64,000 nucleotides of DNA from an uncultured delta proteobacterium (GTDB lineage: Bacteria > Myxococcota > B64-G9): contig CAVWHX010000004.1 of assembly GCA_963754925.1 (NCBI GenBank), positions 1,312,001 through 1,376,000 on the forward strand, given 5' to 3'. The position numbers and the translations under genes are program-made. Of this stretch, positions 23,343 to 32,660 are shown in pieces. Numbering within the stretch: the stretch's first letter is position 1; each line of letters starts with the position of its first letter. The notes beneath the pieces were generated by a model, which saw only the letters and a list, made by a program, of their open reading frames with translations, was not told where the DNA came from and made no database searches.

Positions 23343-24167
23343 ATGGATACTGCTATGGACCTTCTTGACGAGAGCAAGCAACTCATTCGCAAGCGAACCA
23401 AGCTCGTTCCCGATATGGGCGTAATCCTCGGATCCGGTCTCGGCTCTTTCGCTGATAGTGTTGAAGAGTCGGTCGTCGTGGGTTACGGCGAGCTGCCGGG
23501 ATTCCCGGTGTCAACCGCGCCTGGTCACGCGGGCAGACTCGTACTCGGAAAATTGTGTGGTCGAAAAGTTGCGATCATGCAGGGACGGTTTCATTTCTAT
23601 GAGGGTTACACCATGGATCGGGTGATTCTGGGCGTCCGTCTGCTCGGTCGACTCGGCGCCCCGATCGTGATCGTCACCAATGCCGCGGGCGGCATTCGTC
23701 CCGATCTGGCGCCCGGCGATCTCATGCTGATCAGCGATCATATCAACTTGACGGGACAAAACCCCTTGGTCGGACCAAATATCGACGTGCTGGGGCCGCG
23801 CTTTCCCGACATGAGTGATGCCTATAACAAGTCCCTGCGGGAGCAGGCTACGGCGATTGCCCGAGAACTTGGGATCGAACTTAAGGTAGGGGTTTTCGCC
23901 GCCCTCACGGGGCCGTCGTACGAAACCCCGGCCGAGATAAACTTCCTGCGTCTCATCGGTGCAGACGCGGTCGCGATGTCGACGGTTCCCGAGGTAATCG
24001 CCGCCTGCCATATGAATATGAGGGTTCTTGGCATTTCCTGTATCTCGAACCTTGCGGCCGGACTTTCGAAACAGCCGCTGTCGCATACCGAGGTGACCGA
24101 AATCGCGAATCGCACTCAGGTCGCCTTCAGCAAACTTCTTATGGGTCTCATCGCTAAGCTGACCTGA
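23343..24167 (+). CDS. punA: purine-nucleoside phosphorylase (trimeric family)
   Basis: ILGSGLG, GHAG, GRFHFYEG, TNAAGG, GPSYETPAE, MSTVPE. Confidence 0.94.
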   Translation: MDTAMDLLDESKQLIRKRTKLVPDMGVILGSGLGSFADSVEESVVVGYGELPGFPVSTAPGHAGRLVLGKLCGRKVAIMQGRFHFYEGYTMDRVILGVRLLGRLGAPIVIVTNAAGGIRPDLAPGDLMLISDHINLTGQNPLVGPNIDVLGPRFPDMSDAYNKSLREQATAIARELGIELKVGVFAALTGPSYETPAEINFLRLIGADAVAMSTVPEVIAACHMNMRVLGISCISNLAAGLSKQPLSHTEVTEIANRTQVAFSKLLMGLIAKLT

Positions 24168-24181
24168 AAAGGCACGGCGCC

Positions 24182-24616
24182 ATGACCAGACGTACCGACA
24201 AGAAGCCATTTGAGAAACTCGAAACTGCTGAACGTGAGCTTGTCGATCAGGCCCTGGCAGCCCAACAGCGCGCCTATGCCCCCTATTCGCGCTTTAGTGT
24301 GGGAGCGGCTCTCCGGGGCGACAACGGATGCATCTATAGCGGTTGCAACGTCGAAAACGCTTCCTACGGAGCAACGGTTTGCGCAGAGCGTAACGCGGTA
24401 GCCCGCGCGGTCGCGGCTGGTTGTCGAACGTTTGTCGCCCTGGCGGTCGTCACTCCGAGCAGCCCGCCCGCTCCTCCCTGCGGGTTGTGCCGGCAGGTAG
24501 TCGGCGAGTTTGTTGATGACCTGCCGATAGTTTTGGTAAATCCACTCGGCGAGGTGGTGCGCACGACGCTATCGTTACTCCTGCCGTTGCGGTTTGGCGG
24601 TAGCACGGTACGGTGA
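24182..24616 (+). CDS. cdd: cytidine deaminase
   Basis: YAPYS.F.VGAA, NVENASY, CAE, PCGLCRQ. Confidence 0.95.
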   Translation: MTRRTDKKPFEKLETAERELVDQALAAQQRAYAPYSRFSVGAALRGDNGCIYSGCNVENASYGATVCAERNAVARAVAAGCRTFVALAVVTPSSPPAPPCGLCRQVVGEFVDDLPIVLVNPLGEVVRTTLSLLLPLRFGGSTVR

Positions 24617-24644
24617 TGTTTGCCTCTTAAGTGACGTCTACCTT

Positions 24645-25769
24645 TTAAGATGATACTTCATCCGGCGTTGAAAGGGGCTCGTGACAATTACCGGACACGA
24701 CCCTATTTCTTCCGGCTCTTTTTGCGTGATAGAGATTCTCGTCGGCATTCTTGATGACTTCTTCTATCGTTGAATTCTCGCCCTTCATAGCAGTTCCAAA
24801 ACTCAAGGTGAGATGCAGATCGCATTGCTGATAGGAAAACGAGGCTTTTTCAATAGTCTTTCTCATTCGCTCAGCGATGAGGCCTGCGTTGCTGAGATTT
24901 GTTTCGGGATGAAGAATCAAAAATTCTTCACCGCCCCAGCGGGCAATTTTATCCTGCTTGCGGACTGAATCTGTTAACAGACGAGCGACGTTTTTTAAGA
25001 TGAAATCTCCGCAGTCATGCCCAAAAACGTCATTGATGTTTTTGAAATGATCGATGTCACACAACGTGATGGAAAACGGGTTTCTATTTCTTTCGTATCG
25101 ATATGATTCTTGTTTCAGCCATTCATACATATCTCTTCGGTTTGATAAACCCGTAAGCTCATCGGTTCGGGACATTCTATCCAATTCCTGACTTAGGATT
25201 ACTATTTCGAGCTGCGTATGGTATCTGGAATATTCGAGCAAATAAGCCGTGAACGTTACAAGGCTGATCGAAATAAGAAAGCGGGCTTTAAAAAACGCCG
25301 GATAGGGAGCTATCGTTGAAAATGGAAATCCAGGTATGAGCAGTATGGCTGCAGAGACTGCGATTAGAACGATGCATATTATTGAAGCTTTCTTGTACCC
25401 AACCAAATAAAAACTGAGGACCGGGGCTACAAAGCTCCAGAGAGGGCCGGTGTTTTCTCTCCCGCCTGAATAAACGAGATAGACACATAACAATCCAAAA
25501 ATGATATGAAGAGCAATGGTGTATACATTGAAGTTTCCTGAATAACGAAAATAGATATTACTTGCAATTGCTGAAAGAGAAACAAATATAAGTACATACC
25601 CCAGCGGGGAGATCTCATTGAGGATCGAGTCTATTCCAAGGAAAAAGCAGATCGATATCAGGAAATAGCTCATAATGACGAGAATGACAATTTTCTTGAC
25701 GATATCGTCGGAAAAAGAAAATTTCTTCGAAGGGTAGGTAATCCTGTTGAGAACGGTGGTTAGGGACAT
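24645..25769 (-). CDS. membrane-bound diguanylate cyclase
   Basis: Multiple hydrophobic helices then DELTGLSNRR, DIDHFK.IND.FGH..GD, RKQD I-site, WGGEEF. Confidence 0.92.
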   Translation of the reverse strand: MSLTTVLNRITYPSKKFSFSDDIVKKIVILVIMSYFLISICFFLGIDSILNEISPLGYVLIFVSLSAIASNIYFRYSGNFNVYTIALHIIFGLLCVYLVYSGGRENTGPLWSFVAPVLSFYLVGYKKASIICIVLIAVSAAILLIPGFPFSTIAPYPAFFKARFLISISLVTFTAYLLEYSRYHTQLEIVILSQELDRMSRTDELTGLSNRRDMYEWLKQESYRYERNRNPFSITLCDIDHFKNINDVFGHDCGDFILKNVARLLTDSVRKQDKIARWGGEEFLILHPETNLSNAGLIAERMRKTIEKASFSYQQCDLHLTLSFGTAMKGENSTIEEVIKNADENLYHAKRAGRNRVVSGNCHEPLSTPDEVSS

Positions 25770-25771
25770 GG

Positions 25772-26782
25772 CTACGAGCCAGCCTGGGTTTCAAAATGTA
25801 TACTCTTCAGGAAGTGCCAATCCTGGCCAATGAACAGGCTGCTCCTGAACGCGAGCGCAAAACGGTTTTTATCTGGTTCAACGACGAGGGTGTCGATCGC
25901 CATAGGGAGGGTTTCTGAATGATCTTTTACTCTAAAAGTGGCTTTAAACCGTAGACGCGGAATTTTTATGCGTACGATCCTTTGCGTGGAGTGCATGTTT
26001 TCTAACACTAACGTCTCATCGCCCTGGAGCTTGGGTAGGTGGACCTGATCCTCTGGAACCGAGTTATAAAAACGCTCGTCAAAATCGCTCGGGAAGAGCG
26101 GTCGTTGGTTTTCTGACCAGTCATCCTCGAGCGTGCCGGCCAAACATGCGCGCTGACGCCAACTCGTCGAAATCGGACCGTATCCGGCTGGCAGAGGATG
26201 GTCTTTTATTGTTTTGATTTGCTTCTTCGGAAACTCCAGGTTGGGAGCTGGGGATCCCTCTCTCAGCCTCAAAAGAAACCCAATCCCCGTGGGATTATAA
26301 GGATAGATATGCAGCTCGCCGTTCTCATCCTTGTCGGAACCGCCGTACGCGTATTCATACCGTAACGGAACCCGGTCAAAAAGCTCTGGTTGACAAATAC
26401 CGGAGAGCAAAATCCCGGACTGCCAACACCGAGGGCCGAAGACGCAAAGATCCTTTTCGAGTGAGCCGATAGCAAACCGTACGGTTGTCTTTTGCTTTCC
26501 CCGACCGTACGCATGACCGTTGATGATGATGTCGGTACCCGGTTTTTTCGGGACGATATCGGATGCATAACACACACTCGGGCATCGGTTATCCTCGTAC
26601 AGGATATCTTGAGTAAAAATCGGCAGCATCGATTTCTTATCAGCTAGCGAAACCCTACCATCTTCAGAAAACACAAATGAGGCTTTCAATATCGCCACTA
26701 CGTAATCTGCTCCATGCTCATCGAGACAGGGATGAAATCCGGTCACGAACGGAGTCAAGTTGTATTTCTCATGCAGGCGCAT
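25772..26782 (-). CDS. DUF2169 family T6SS-associated adaptor
   Basis: VVAILKASF, SD.VP.KPGTD, VFGPR.W, YEYAYGG, NP.G.GF, PNLE, P.DFDERFYN, DTL.VEP. Confidence 0.88.
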   Translation of the reverse strand: MRLHEKYNLTPFVTGFHPCLDEHGADYVVAILKASFVFSEDGRVSLADKKSMLPIFTQDILYEDNRCPSVCYASDIVPKKPGTDIIINGHAYGRGKQKTTVRFAIGSLEKDLCVFGPRCWQSGILLSGICQPELFDRVPLRYEYAYGGSDKDENGELHIYPYNPTGIGFLLRLREGSPAPNLEFPKKQIKTIKDHPLPAGYGPISTSWRQRACLAGTLEDDWSENQRPLFPSDFDERFYNSVPEDQVHLPKLQGDETLVLENMHSTQRIVRIKIPRLRFKATFRVKDHSETLPMAIDTLVVEPDKNRFALAFRSSLFIGQDWHFLKSIHFETQAGS

Positions 26783-26862
26783 CGCTACTCCCAAGGACCT
26801 ACCTGGATAACCGGCATCTCCAACCCATCAAGGGAGCAATTATTGAGTCGTTCTTGTCGTTC

Positions 26863-27505
26863 TTAAGGTGCCAGGTCGACTGTTCCATCGATTTCTGGAA
26901 ACGACAACCGTCCGATGCCGGAGATGCTCTTTGGGATCTTGATCTTTCCCGACCCGTCCGTTGAGCCTTCCTTGAGTTGTCCGTCGGGCAGTTCGAGTTT
27001 ATACTTGGCGTTTTTTATCGGTTTCCCTTCCCGGTCGACAACGACGATGGCCATCTCGTCTTGCTCTTCTTGGTCGACGGCCACCGCGGCATCGGTAGGT
27101 TGTGTTTCAGGCATGGGCGGCGTGTTTGGCGCTGCTCCTATGTTTCCCGAGCATAAGATCCCCCAAGCGGGGAACATTCTTCCCTTCAACCATCACGTCA
27201 AACGAATAATTGATAAACTCTGCCTTGCCTTTGATGACACCGCTGCCCACCCCACCGACACTGCCAGCCTCATCGCCGGTGCTTTTACTAAAGACTGACT
27301 TCTGCAACATAATCGGATTGCCGTCGGCTTTGAAAGTTTTGCTCCCCTGATCCGTATCTTGTGACATGGCTATATTGGGATAGGGAACGGGCACCGGCGG
27401 AGCTGGAGGAGCCGGAGTCAAACACACGTCCGGCATGAAGTTCACCATCCCATTGCTAGATTTATGTACCACGGTCAGTTTATTTACAATGACGGTTGCG
27501 GGCAT
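26863..27505 (-). CDS. PAAR-like DUF4150 protein with short C-terminal beta-sandwich extension (frameshift near 27146)
   Basis: MPDVCLTP..P.PVPYPN, STGDEAG..GGV.SG, SFDV.VEGKNVPR.GD; removing one A fuses ORF 27107..27505 to ORF 26863..27189. Confidence 0.85.
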
Positions 27506-27688
27506 AGTAACGTTCCTTTTTTAGGAATCACCCATACTTATTATACCGGCAGATACCGTTCAGTCAAGCCAGAACCCTGTTGCAAATGAGCATAACCTCA
27601 GGTATCTTCATAGGAATTAGTTTGGCACGCTACGAGAAAAACCCTTTTTGCTTCTCATAATTATCCAAGATAGTCTAAGAATGTGGTC

Positions 27689-28765
27689 TTAGGTGGTTAT
27701 CTGTCTCCCAACCAATAAACCTGCTCGTTCGCCGTTGTCTGATGCGCACCACACCAGTGCGCTTGATTGACTTTGGTACTTTGTCTTTAGAAAAAATGTC
27801 GCGAGGATGGTCAAGGCGACTCCGGACGCAGCCCCGATGTCGCCAAGAATTACTGCCGGATGTTCGAGGAGAACCGGTTTGCCGAGTCTGGTGTTAAGTC
27901 GGCTTACGGCGAAACCCCATTCTTTCATTCGACCCGGTTCGCCATTCAGATCGCAAACGACAAGCGGTGGTTCATGACACGCGTCAAGGAGGGACGAGAT
28001 GGTTTTTGTCAGTGCCATGCCGGTACGTAATTCAAGATCAGATCCAGAACATTGTTGCTTGGCGATTTTATGAACTGGTGAGAGAGTATGGCGGCCCCTT
28101 TTTTTCGCCCGGTCTTCTGGTTCTAGTAGTATGAACGCTGCGCATTCGCCAGGCACGAACCCGTCGATGTTCCGGTCGCTTTTTATTCGGTACTCCTTGT
28201 CCAACGGCTCAAGCCATTCAGGAAACAAATATGATTCAACCCCGCCAACCACAGCGTATTTTAGTTCTCCTTGGGATACAGCAGTTGAGGCCGCATCGAT
28301 AAGTGAAATGCCACCTACGTGGCCGCAATACATAAACCGTACGTCATGAGAGATATCCAATCCTGCAAAATTTTGAAAATGATAGAGGAATTCATCTTCC
28401 AGAGCTGGGCTCCAGCCGGCGCGTTGGGGAGAAAGTGAGAAGTAAAAGCCGCAGTCGTCTAAATTTTTTTGTGTCAAAGCCATTTCTGACGCTAGGTCGA
28501 GATAGGTTTTTGCGGCGATGTATGCAAGCCATTCCGATGCATGAGGTTTGGTTGCGCGAAAGTCTTCAAGATATGGTATGGACGCCGCGACCAAGGGGGT
28601 TGGTTCTTCAAAATCTTGGTTTTCTGGGTAACAGGAATAGACTTCTGGAAGTTCTGACATACGAGTGATTTTAGCCAACACCGAAGCAAACGTCTGAGCC
28701 GCTGTATGTCCTACTGAAGAAGGCATTCCAACGCCACTAATGACAATGGGTTGATTGGCGCCCAT
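27689..28765 (-). CDS. thiolase/ketoacyl-synthase-fold T6SS-associated protein (PRK06147-like)
   Basis: VGGVESYL, GFVPGE.AA, DLNGE....KEW, HPA..LGDIGAASG, SDNGERA; adjacent to DUF4150 and DUF2169. Confidence 0.8.
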   Translation of the reverse strand: MGANQPIVISGVGMPSSVGHTAAQTFASVLAKITRMSELPEVYSCYPENQDFEEPTPLVAASIPYLEDFRATKPHASEWLAYIAAKTYLDLASEMALTQKNLDDCGFYFSLSPQRAGWSPALEDEFLYHFQNFAGLDISHDVRFMYCGHVGGISLIDAASTAVSQGELKYAVVGGVESYLFPEWLEPLDKEYRIKSDRNIDGFVPGECAAFILLEPEDRAKKRGRHTLSPVHKIAKQQCSGSDLELRTGMALTKTISSLLDACHEPPLVVCDLNGEPGRMKEWGFAVSRLNTRLGKPVLLEHPAVILGDIGAASGVALTILATFFLKTKYQSQSSALVWCASDNGERAGLLVGRQITT

Positions 28766-28955
28766 ATTTTTTAGCTTACCTCACTGCAAAAGCCGGCTGC
28801 CTTCATCTTGGTTAGTTATCTAACATACTAAATAATTTATATTTTTGCAAGATTAATGAACAAAAACGGAAATGTTTTTAGGTAGTAATAAATATGTTGA
28901 CAATAATATATATAAAAAATAATATATATATTAAATAATGAACTGGAAATAATAA

Positions 28956-29546
28956 ATGAGCCTCAAATATCTAGTTCTTGGTTGGATAAGAAAGTGCCCA
29001 ACCCATGGTTATTCCATCAAGAAGTGCTTTCAAGAATTCATTAATCCCGACATGAAATTAAATGATGCCAAACTATATCCTCTCTTACGAGAAATGGAAC
29101 AAGAAGGCTTGGTCGAAAAGGAAGTAGAAGAAAAAGAAGTTGGACCCTCTCGCAAGATCCTCAGGATAACGGATAAGGGATCGCAAGAATTTAAGAGCTG
29201 GCTAGTTGGCGATGATGGTGAAACTAATGCCGGCAGACCTCGATATGATTTCTTTAAGGCTCTGCCTTTTCTGGTCAAATTTAATTTCTGCTATGAGCTT
29301 GATGGTGAACACATTCTGCGCAAAATCAACGCTCAGCGACTTATTCATGAAAAGAAACTGGAGGATTTTCTAGAGGCTCGCACAAGTATGATCCAGAAGA
29401 AGCTTGAAATAAACAAGATTCAGATAATTGATTTTGGCATCTCACTCGAAAAGACAATTCTTAACTGGCTTGACGAAGTATCCAAGTATTATCAAGCGGA
29501 TCAAGATGGTAAGGAGGCAGGATCGTCATGTAAGGAGTGCCAGTGA
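28956..29546 (+). CDS. PadR family transcriptional regulator
   Basis: LG.....P.HGY.I, LYP.L..ME..GLV, ITDKG..EF..WL; TTGACA at 28897 upstream. Confidence 0.88.
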   Translation: MSLKYLVLGWIRKCPTHGYSIKKCFQEFINPDMKLNDAKLYPLLREMEQEGLVEKEVEEKEVGPSRKILRITDKGSQEFKSWLVGDDGETNAGRPRYDFFKALPFLVKFNFCYELDGEHILRKINAQRLIHEKKLEDFLEARTSMIQKKLEINKIQIIDFGISLEKTILNWLDEVSKYYQADQDGKEAGSSCKECQ

Positions 29547-30604
29547 TGAAACAAACCGAAGAACCGAAGGTTATTGGATTCACCTGTACCTATACCCCAC
29601 TTGCTTTGATTCATGCTGCGGGATTTGTGCCCTATAGGATTTTCCCGGACGGTGATTGGCCGGATCGAGCCGGGCAAATGCTGCACGACAACCTTTGCCC
29701 GCATATCAAGCGGGTACTTGATCGCGCTCTCGCTGAGGATATTCCGCACCTGGCAGGGGTGGTGTTTATGAACAGTTGCGATGCGATGCGCCGCCTCTAT
29801 GATGGATGGAAGGTCGCGCGACCAAACGAGCGGTCGATTCTTATCGATCTGCCGCCGACAAAAGATACCAAGGCATCAGAATTTTTTGCCAAGGAACTTA
29901 CGCGGCTGGTTGAGACGGTTTCGGCATGGTCGGGTCGATCGGTAACGGAAGAATCCATCCGGAATAGTTTGCACATCACCAACCACCTTGCCTCGCTGTT
30001 AGCGGAGATACGTAAACGCAATGCGGCCAATACTTGGGAAGGTGGCGCCAAAAGACTGCAAGAGATCTATCTACAGGCTGCAACCCAACCGTTTGAAAGA
30101 ACCATAGACGCTCTACAAGACATTGTTGCTGAAACTACAACAACGCGGTCTGATGGTGGCGTTCCCGTGTATGTATTTGGTAACGTGATGTCTGATCCGG
30201 ATTTCTTCGCCCTGATAGAATCGTGCGGTGCCCATGTGGTTGGTGAGGATTTGTGTACCGGATCGCGTATGTTCTCAGTGATAGAAGATGACGGCTCGCA
30301 CGACGTGGTAGCATGCCTTGCCAAGGGAATTCTCAATCGTCCTGCCTGCGCTCGGACGATGGAGACTCGGGTTCCGGGCAGCCTGGCCCGCGAAGTGCTT
30401 GCCAATGCGCGAGCCTGCAACGCGCGCGGGGTTATTGCCCACACGATGAAATTCTGTGATCCCTATTTGGCGCGGTTGCCCTCAGTACGTGAACTGCTGG
30501 GGAATGAGTCCCTTCCTTTTTTGCTGCTTGAGGGAGATTGTACCGCGCGATCGTTCGGGCAACAGAAAACCAGGATCGAAGCGTTTATCGAAATGTTGAG
30601 GTGA
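29546..30604 (+). CDS. 2-hydroxyacyl-CoA dehydratase family subunit (HgdAB/FldBC type)
   Basis: CTYTP, NLCP, NSCD.MRR, EDLCTG, KFCDP, TRIEAF.EML. Confidence 0.88.
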   Translation: MKQTEEPKVIGFTCTYTPLALIHAAGFVPYRIFPDGDWPDRAGQMLHDNLCPHIKRVLDRALAEDIPHLAGVVFMNSCDAMRRLYDGWKVARPNERSILIDLPPTKDTKASEFFAKELTRLVETVSAWSGRSVTEESIRNSLHITNHLASLLAEIRKRNAANTWEGGAKRLQEIYLQAATQPFERTIDALQDIVAETTTTRSDGGVPVYVFGNVMSDPDFFALIESCGAHVVGEDLCTGSRMFSVIEDDGSHDVVACLAKGILNRPACARTMETRVPGSLAREVLANARACNARGVIAHTMKFCDPYLARLPSVRELLGNESLPFLLLEGDCTARSFGQQKTRIEAFIEMLR

Positions 30605-30612
30605 CCGCCGTG

Positions 30613-31842
30613 ATGCAAACTTTTTTCCAAGGACTCGAAGATAGAATTCTGACCCGTCTCCGCGAGAGCCCGGAGGCGGTAAGCCCCCAAAGAATCTTTA
30701 GCTTAGAACTGGTGCGACTGGGGAAACGTTTGTCCGATGCCGACAATCAAGTTGCGTGGTGTGGGGTTGGCGCTCCCTATGAAATTATCAACGCCATGGG
30801 GGTGACGTCCGCGTTTGTCGAGTTTATCAGCGGAATGCTCGCTGCAGCGGGTATGGCGGATTCATTTCTCGAGACGGCCGAGCATGCTGGTTATTCGCCC
30901 GACGGGTGCGCCTATCATCGAGCCGTGGTTGGGGCGGCGCTGAAGGAATTCTTGCCGGCGCCGGGCTTTTTTATTGCGACCACCTGTACCTGCACCGCCG
31001 GCATGGCGCTGCTTGAAAATCTTGCGCGCATATATAAGAAAGACCTGTTTTCGATACACGTGCCATACGGTCAGACGGTTGCCGATGTCCGATATCTCGC
31101 TGATCAGATTAGAAGCATGACGGATTTTATTGCCGGTCATACCCACAAGCCTCTGGATAAGGATGCGCTCAGGCAAGCAATTATCAACACGAATCAAGCT
31201 CGGGAGATAGTGCTTGATGTGTTGCACATGGCACGGCAGGTGCCTTCTCCGGCAAATGGCAGGGAATTGGGAAACCTGTTGATTTCCTCATTGATGCTTC
31301 TGGGCACGGATAGTGCGGTTACGATTGCCAAGAGTTATCAGACAGAATTCAAGAGGCGTATCCGACAAAGCATTAGTGGCGTTAGCGGAGAACGCCTGAG
31401 ACTTCTGTGGATCCAAAACCGCATTCAATTTAGAAATCCGCTCATAAAGTTATTGGAAGAAGAGTACCGGACCGTCGTTGTTGTTGATGAGCTTAATAAC
31501 ATTACTTGGGATCCGATTGATCCCGATAACCCGTATGAAGGAGTAGCTCGACGGATACTCTCGGTACCGTTCAATGGTCCGGTTGTCAATAGAATTGACC
31601 AATTGCGGAAGTTGGCGAAAGAGTATCAAGTAAATGGCGCCGTTAATCCCTGTCATTGGGGATGTCGCCAGGGCACCGGAGGAAGGGGTTTGATTGAACG
31701 TGGTTTGAAGGAAATAGGGGTTCCGGTCCTCAATCTTGAGGTGGATGCGGTAGATTCGAGGCATTTTGCGGAAGGGCAGCTGCGAACGCGACTAGGGGCC
31801 TTTCTCGAGATGCTCGAGGGCAAACCTTCAATCTGGAACTGA
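30613..31842 (+). CDS. 2-hydroxyacyl-CoA dehydratase family subunit
   Basis: GYSPDGCAYHR, TCTC, CHWGCRQ, GQLRTRL.AF.EML. Confidence 0.88.
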   Translation: MQTFFQGLEDRILTRLRESPEAVSPQRIFSLELVRLGKRLSDADNQVAWCGVGAPYEIINAMGVTSAFVEFISGMLAAAGMADSFLETAEHAGYSPDGCAYHRAVVGAALKEFLPAPGFFIATTCTCTAGMALLENLARIYKKDLFSIHVPYGQTVADVRYLADQIRSMTDFIAGHTHKPLDKDALRQAIINTNQAREIVLDVLHMARQVPSPANGRELGNLLISSLMLLGTDSAVTIAKSYQTEFKRRIRQSISGVSGERLRLLWIQNRIQFRNPLIKLLEEEYRTVVVVDELNNITWDPIDPDNPYEGVARRILSVPFNGPVVNRIDQLRKLAKEYQVNGAVNPCHWGCRQGTGGRGLIERGLKEIGVPVLNLEVDAVDSRHFAEGQLRTRLGAFLEMLEGKPSIWN

Positions 31843-31857
31843 TCATGAAGGGACCGT

Positions 31858-32647
31858 ATGTATTATTTAGGAATTGATATTGGAAGTCTTTCGTGTGACG
31901 CGGTTGTAATTGACGATGCTGAGACGATCTTGGCTTCCGCGGTGATTCCAACCGGTGCACGTAATCGAGAATCGATTGCGCGGGTGAAGACAGAAGTTCT
32001 TCAAGGAGCACATATACAGGAAGCGGATCTTGCAGCCACTATTTCGACGGGCTATGGGAGGGAACGAGTTGAAAATCGGCTTGCCGCGGTGACCGAGATC
32101 ACCTGCCACGCGAGGGGTATTCGGTTCGTTATCCCCAATACCCAGGTGTTGATCGATATCGGAGGGCAGGATAGCAAAGTGATTCGTTTGGATGGCGCCG
32201 GGCGGGTGGTCGACTTTGCTATGAATGACAAATGCGCTGCCGGCACCGGGAGGTTTTTGGAGGCTATGGCGCGGGCGCTGCAAGTTGATATCGAGGATCT
32301 CAGTGAACTAGACCAGGGGGCCCAAGGCACGGCGACTCTCAGTAGCATGTGCACGGTGTTTGCCGAAAGTGAAGTCGTCTCGTTGATTGCCAACGGTGTC
32401 GATATCAAAGAGATAGTTCAGGGATTAAAATAGAGCCATTGCTTCCCGCACGCTCGGAATGGTAAAACGAGTCGCACCTGATGTAGCCAACTTGAATGTT
32501 GCAATGTCCGGCGGGGTAGCGCGAAATTCGGGCGTGGTGAGAGCCTTAAGCGCCGCTTTAGGGCGCGATGTTCTCGTTCCGCTCATGCCGGACGCGATCG
32601 GCGCCTTGGGCGCTGCGTTGATTGCAAAAGAACGGCACAAAAAATAA
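31858..32647 (+). CDS. acyl-CoA dehydratase activase (HgdC/ASKHA ATPase); frameshift near 32428
   Basis: GIDIGS, TGYGR, EITCH, DIGGQDSK, MNDKCAAGTGRFLE, CTVFAESE, then GGVARN and GALGAA in the next frame. Confidence 0.9.
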
Positions 32648-32660
32648 TCCTATGATGCAG

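Noticed and set aside
29546..32647. Benzoyl-CoA reductase (BcrABCD)
   Set aside because: Only one activase-type subunit is present and no ring-cleavage genes are nearby; a generic dehydratase call is safer
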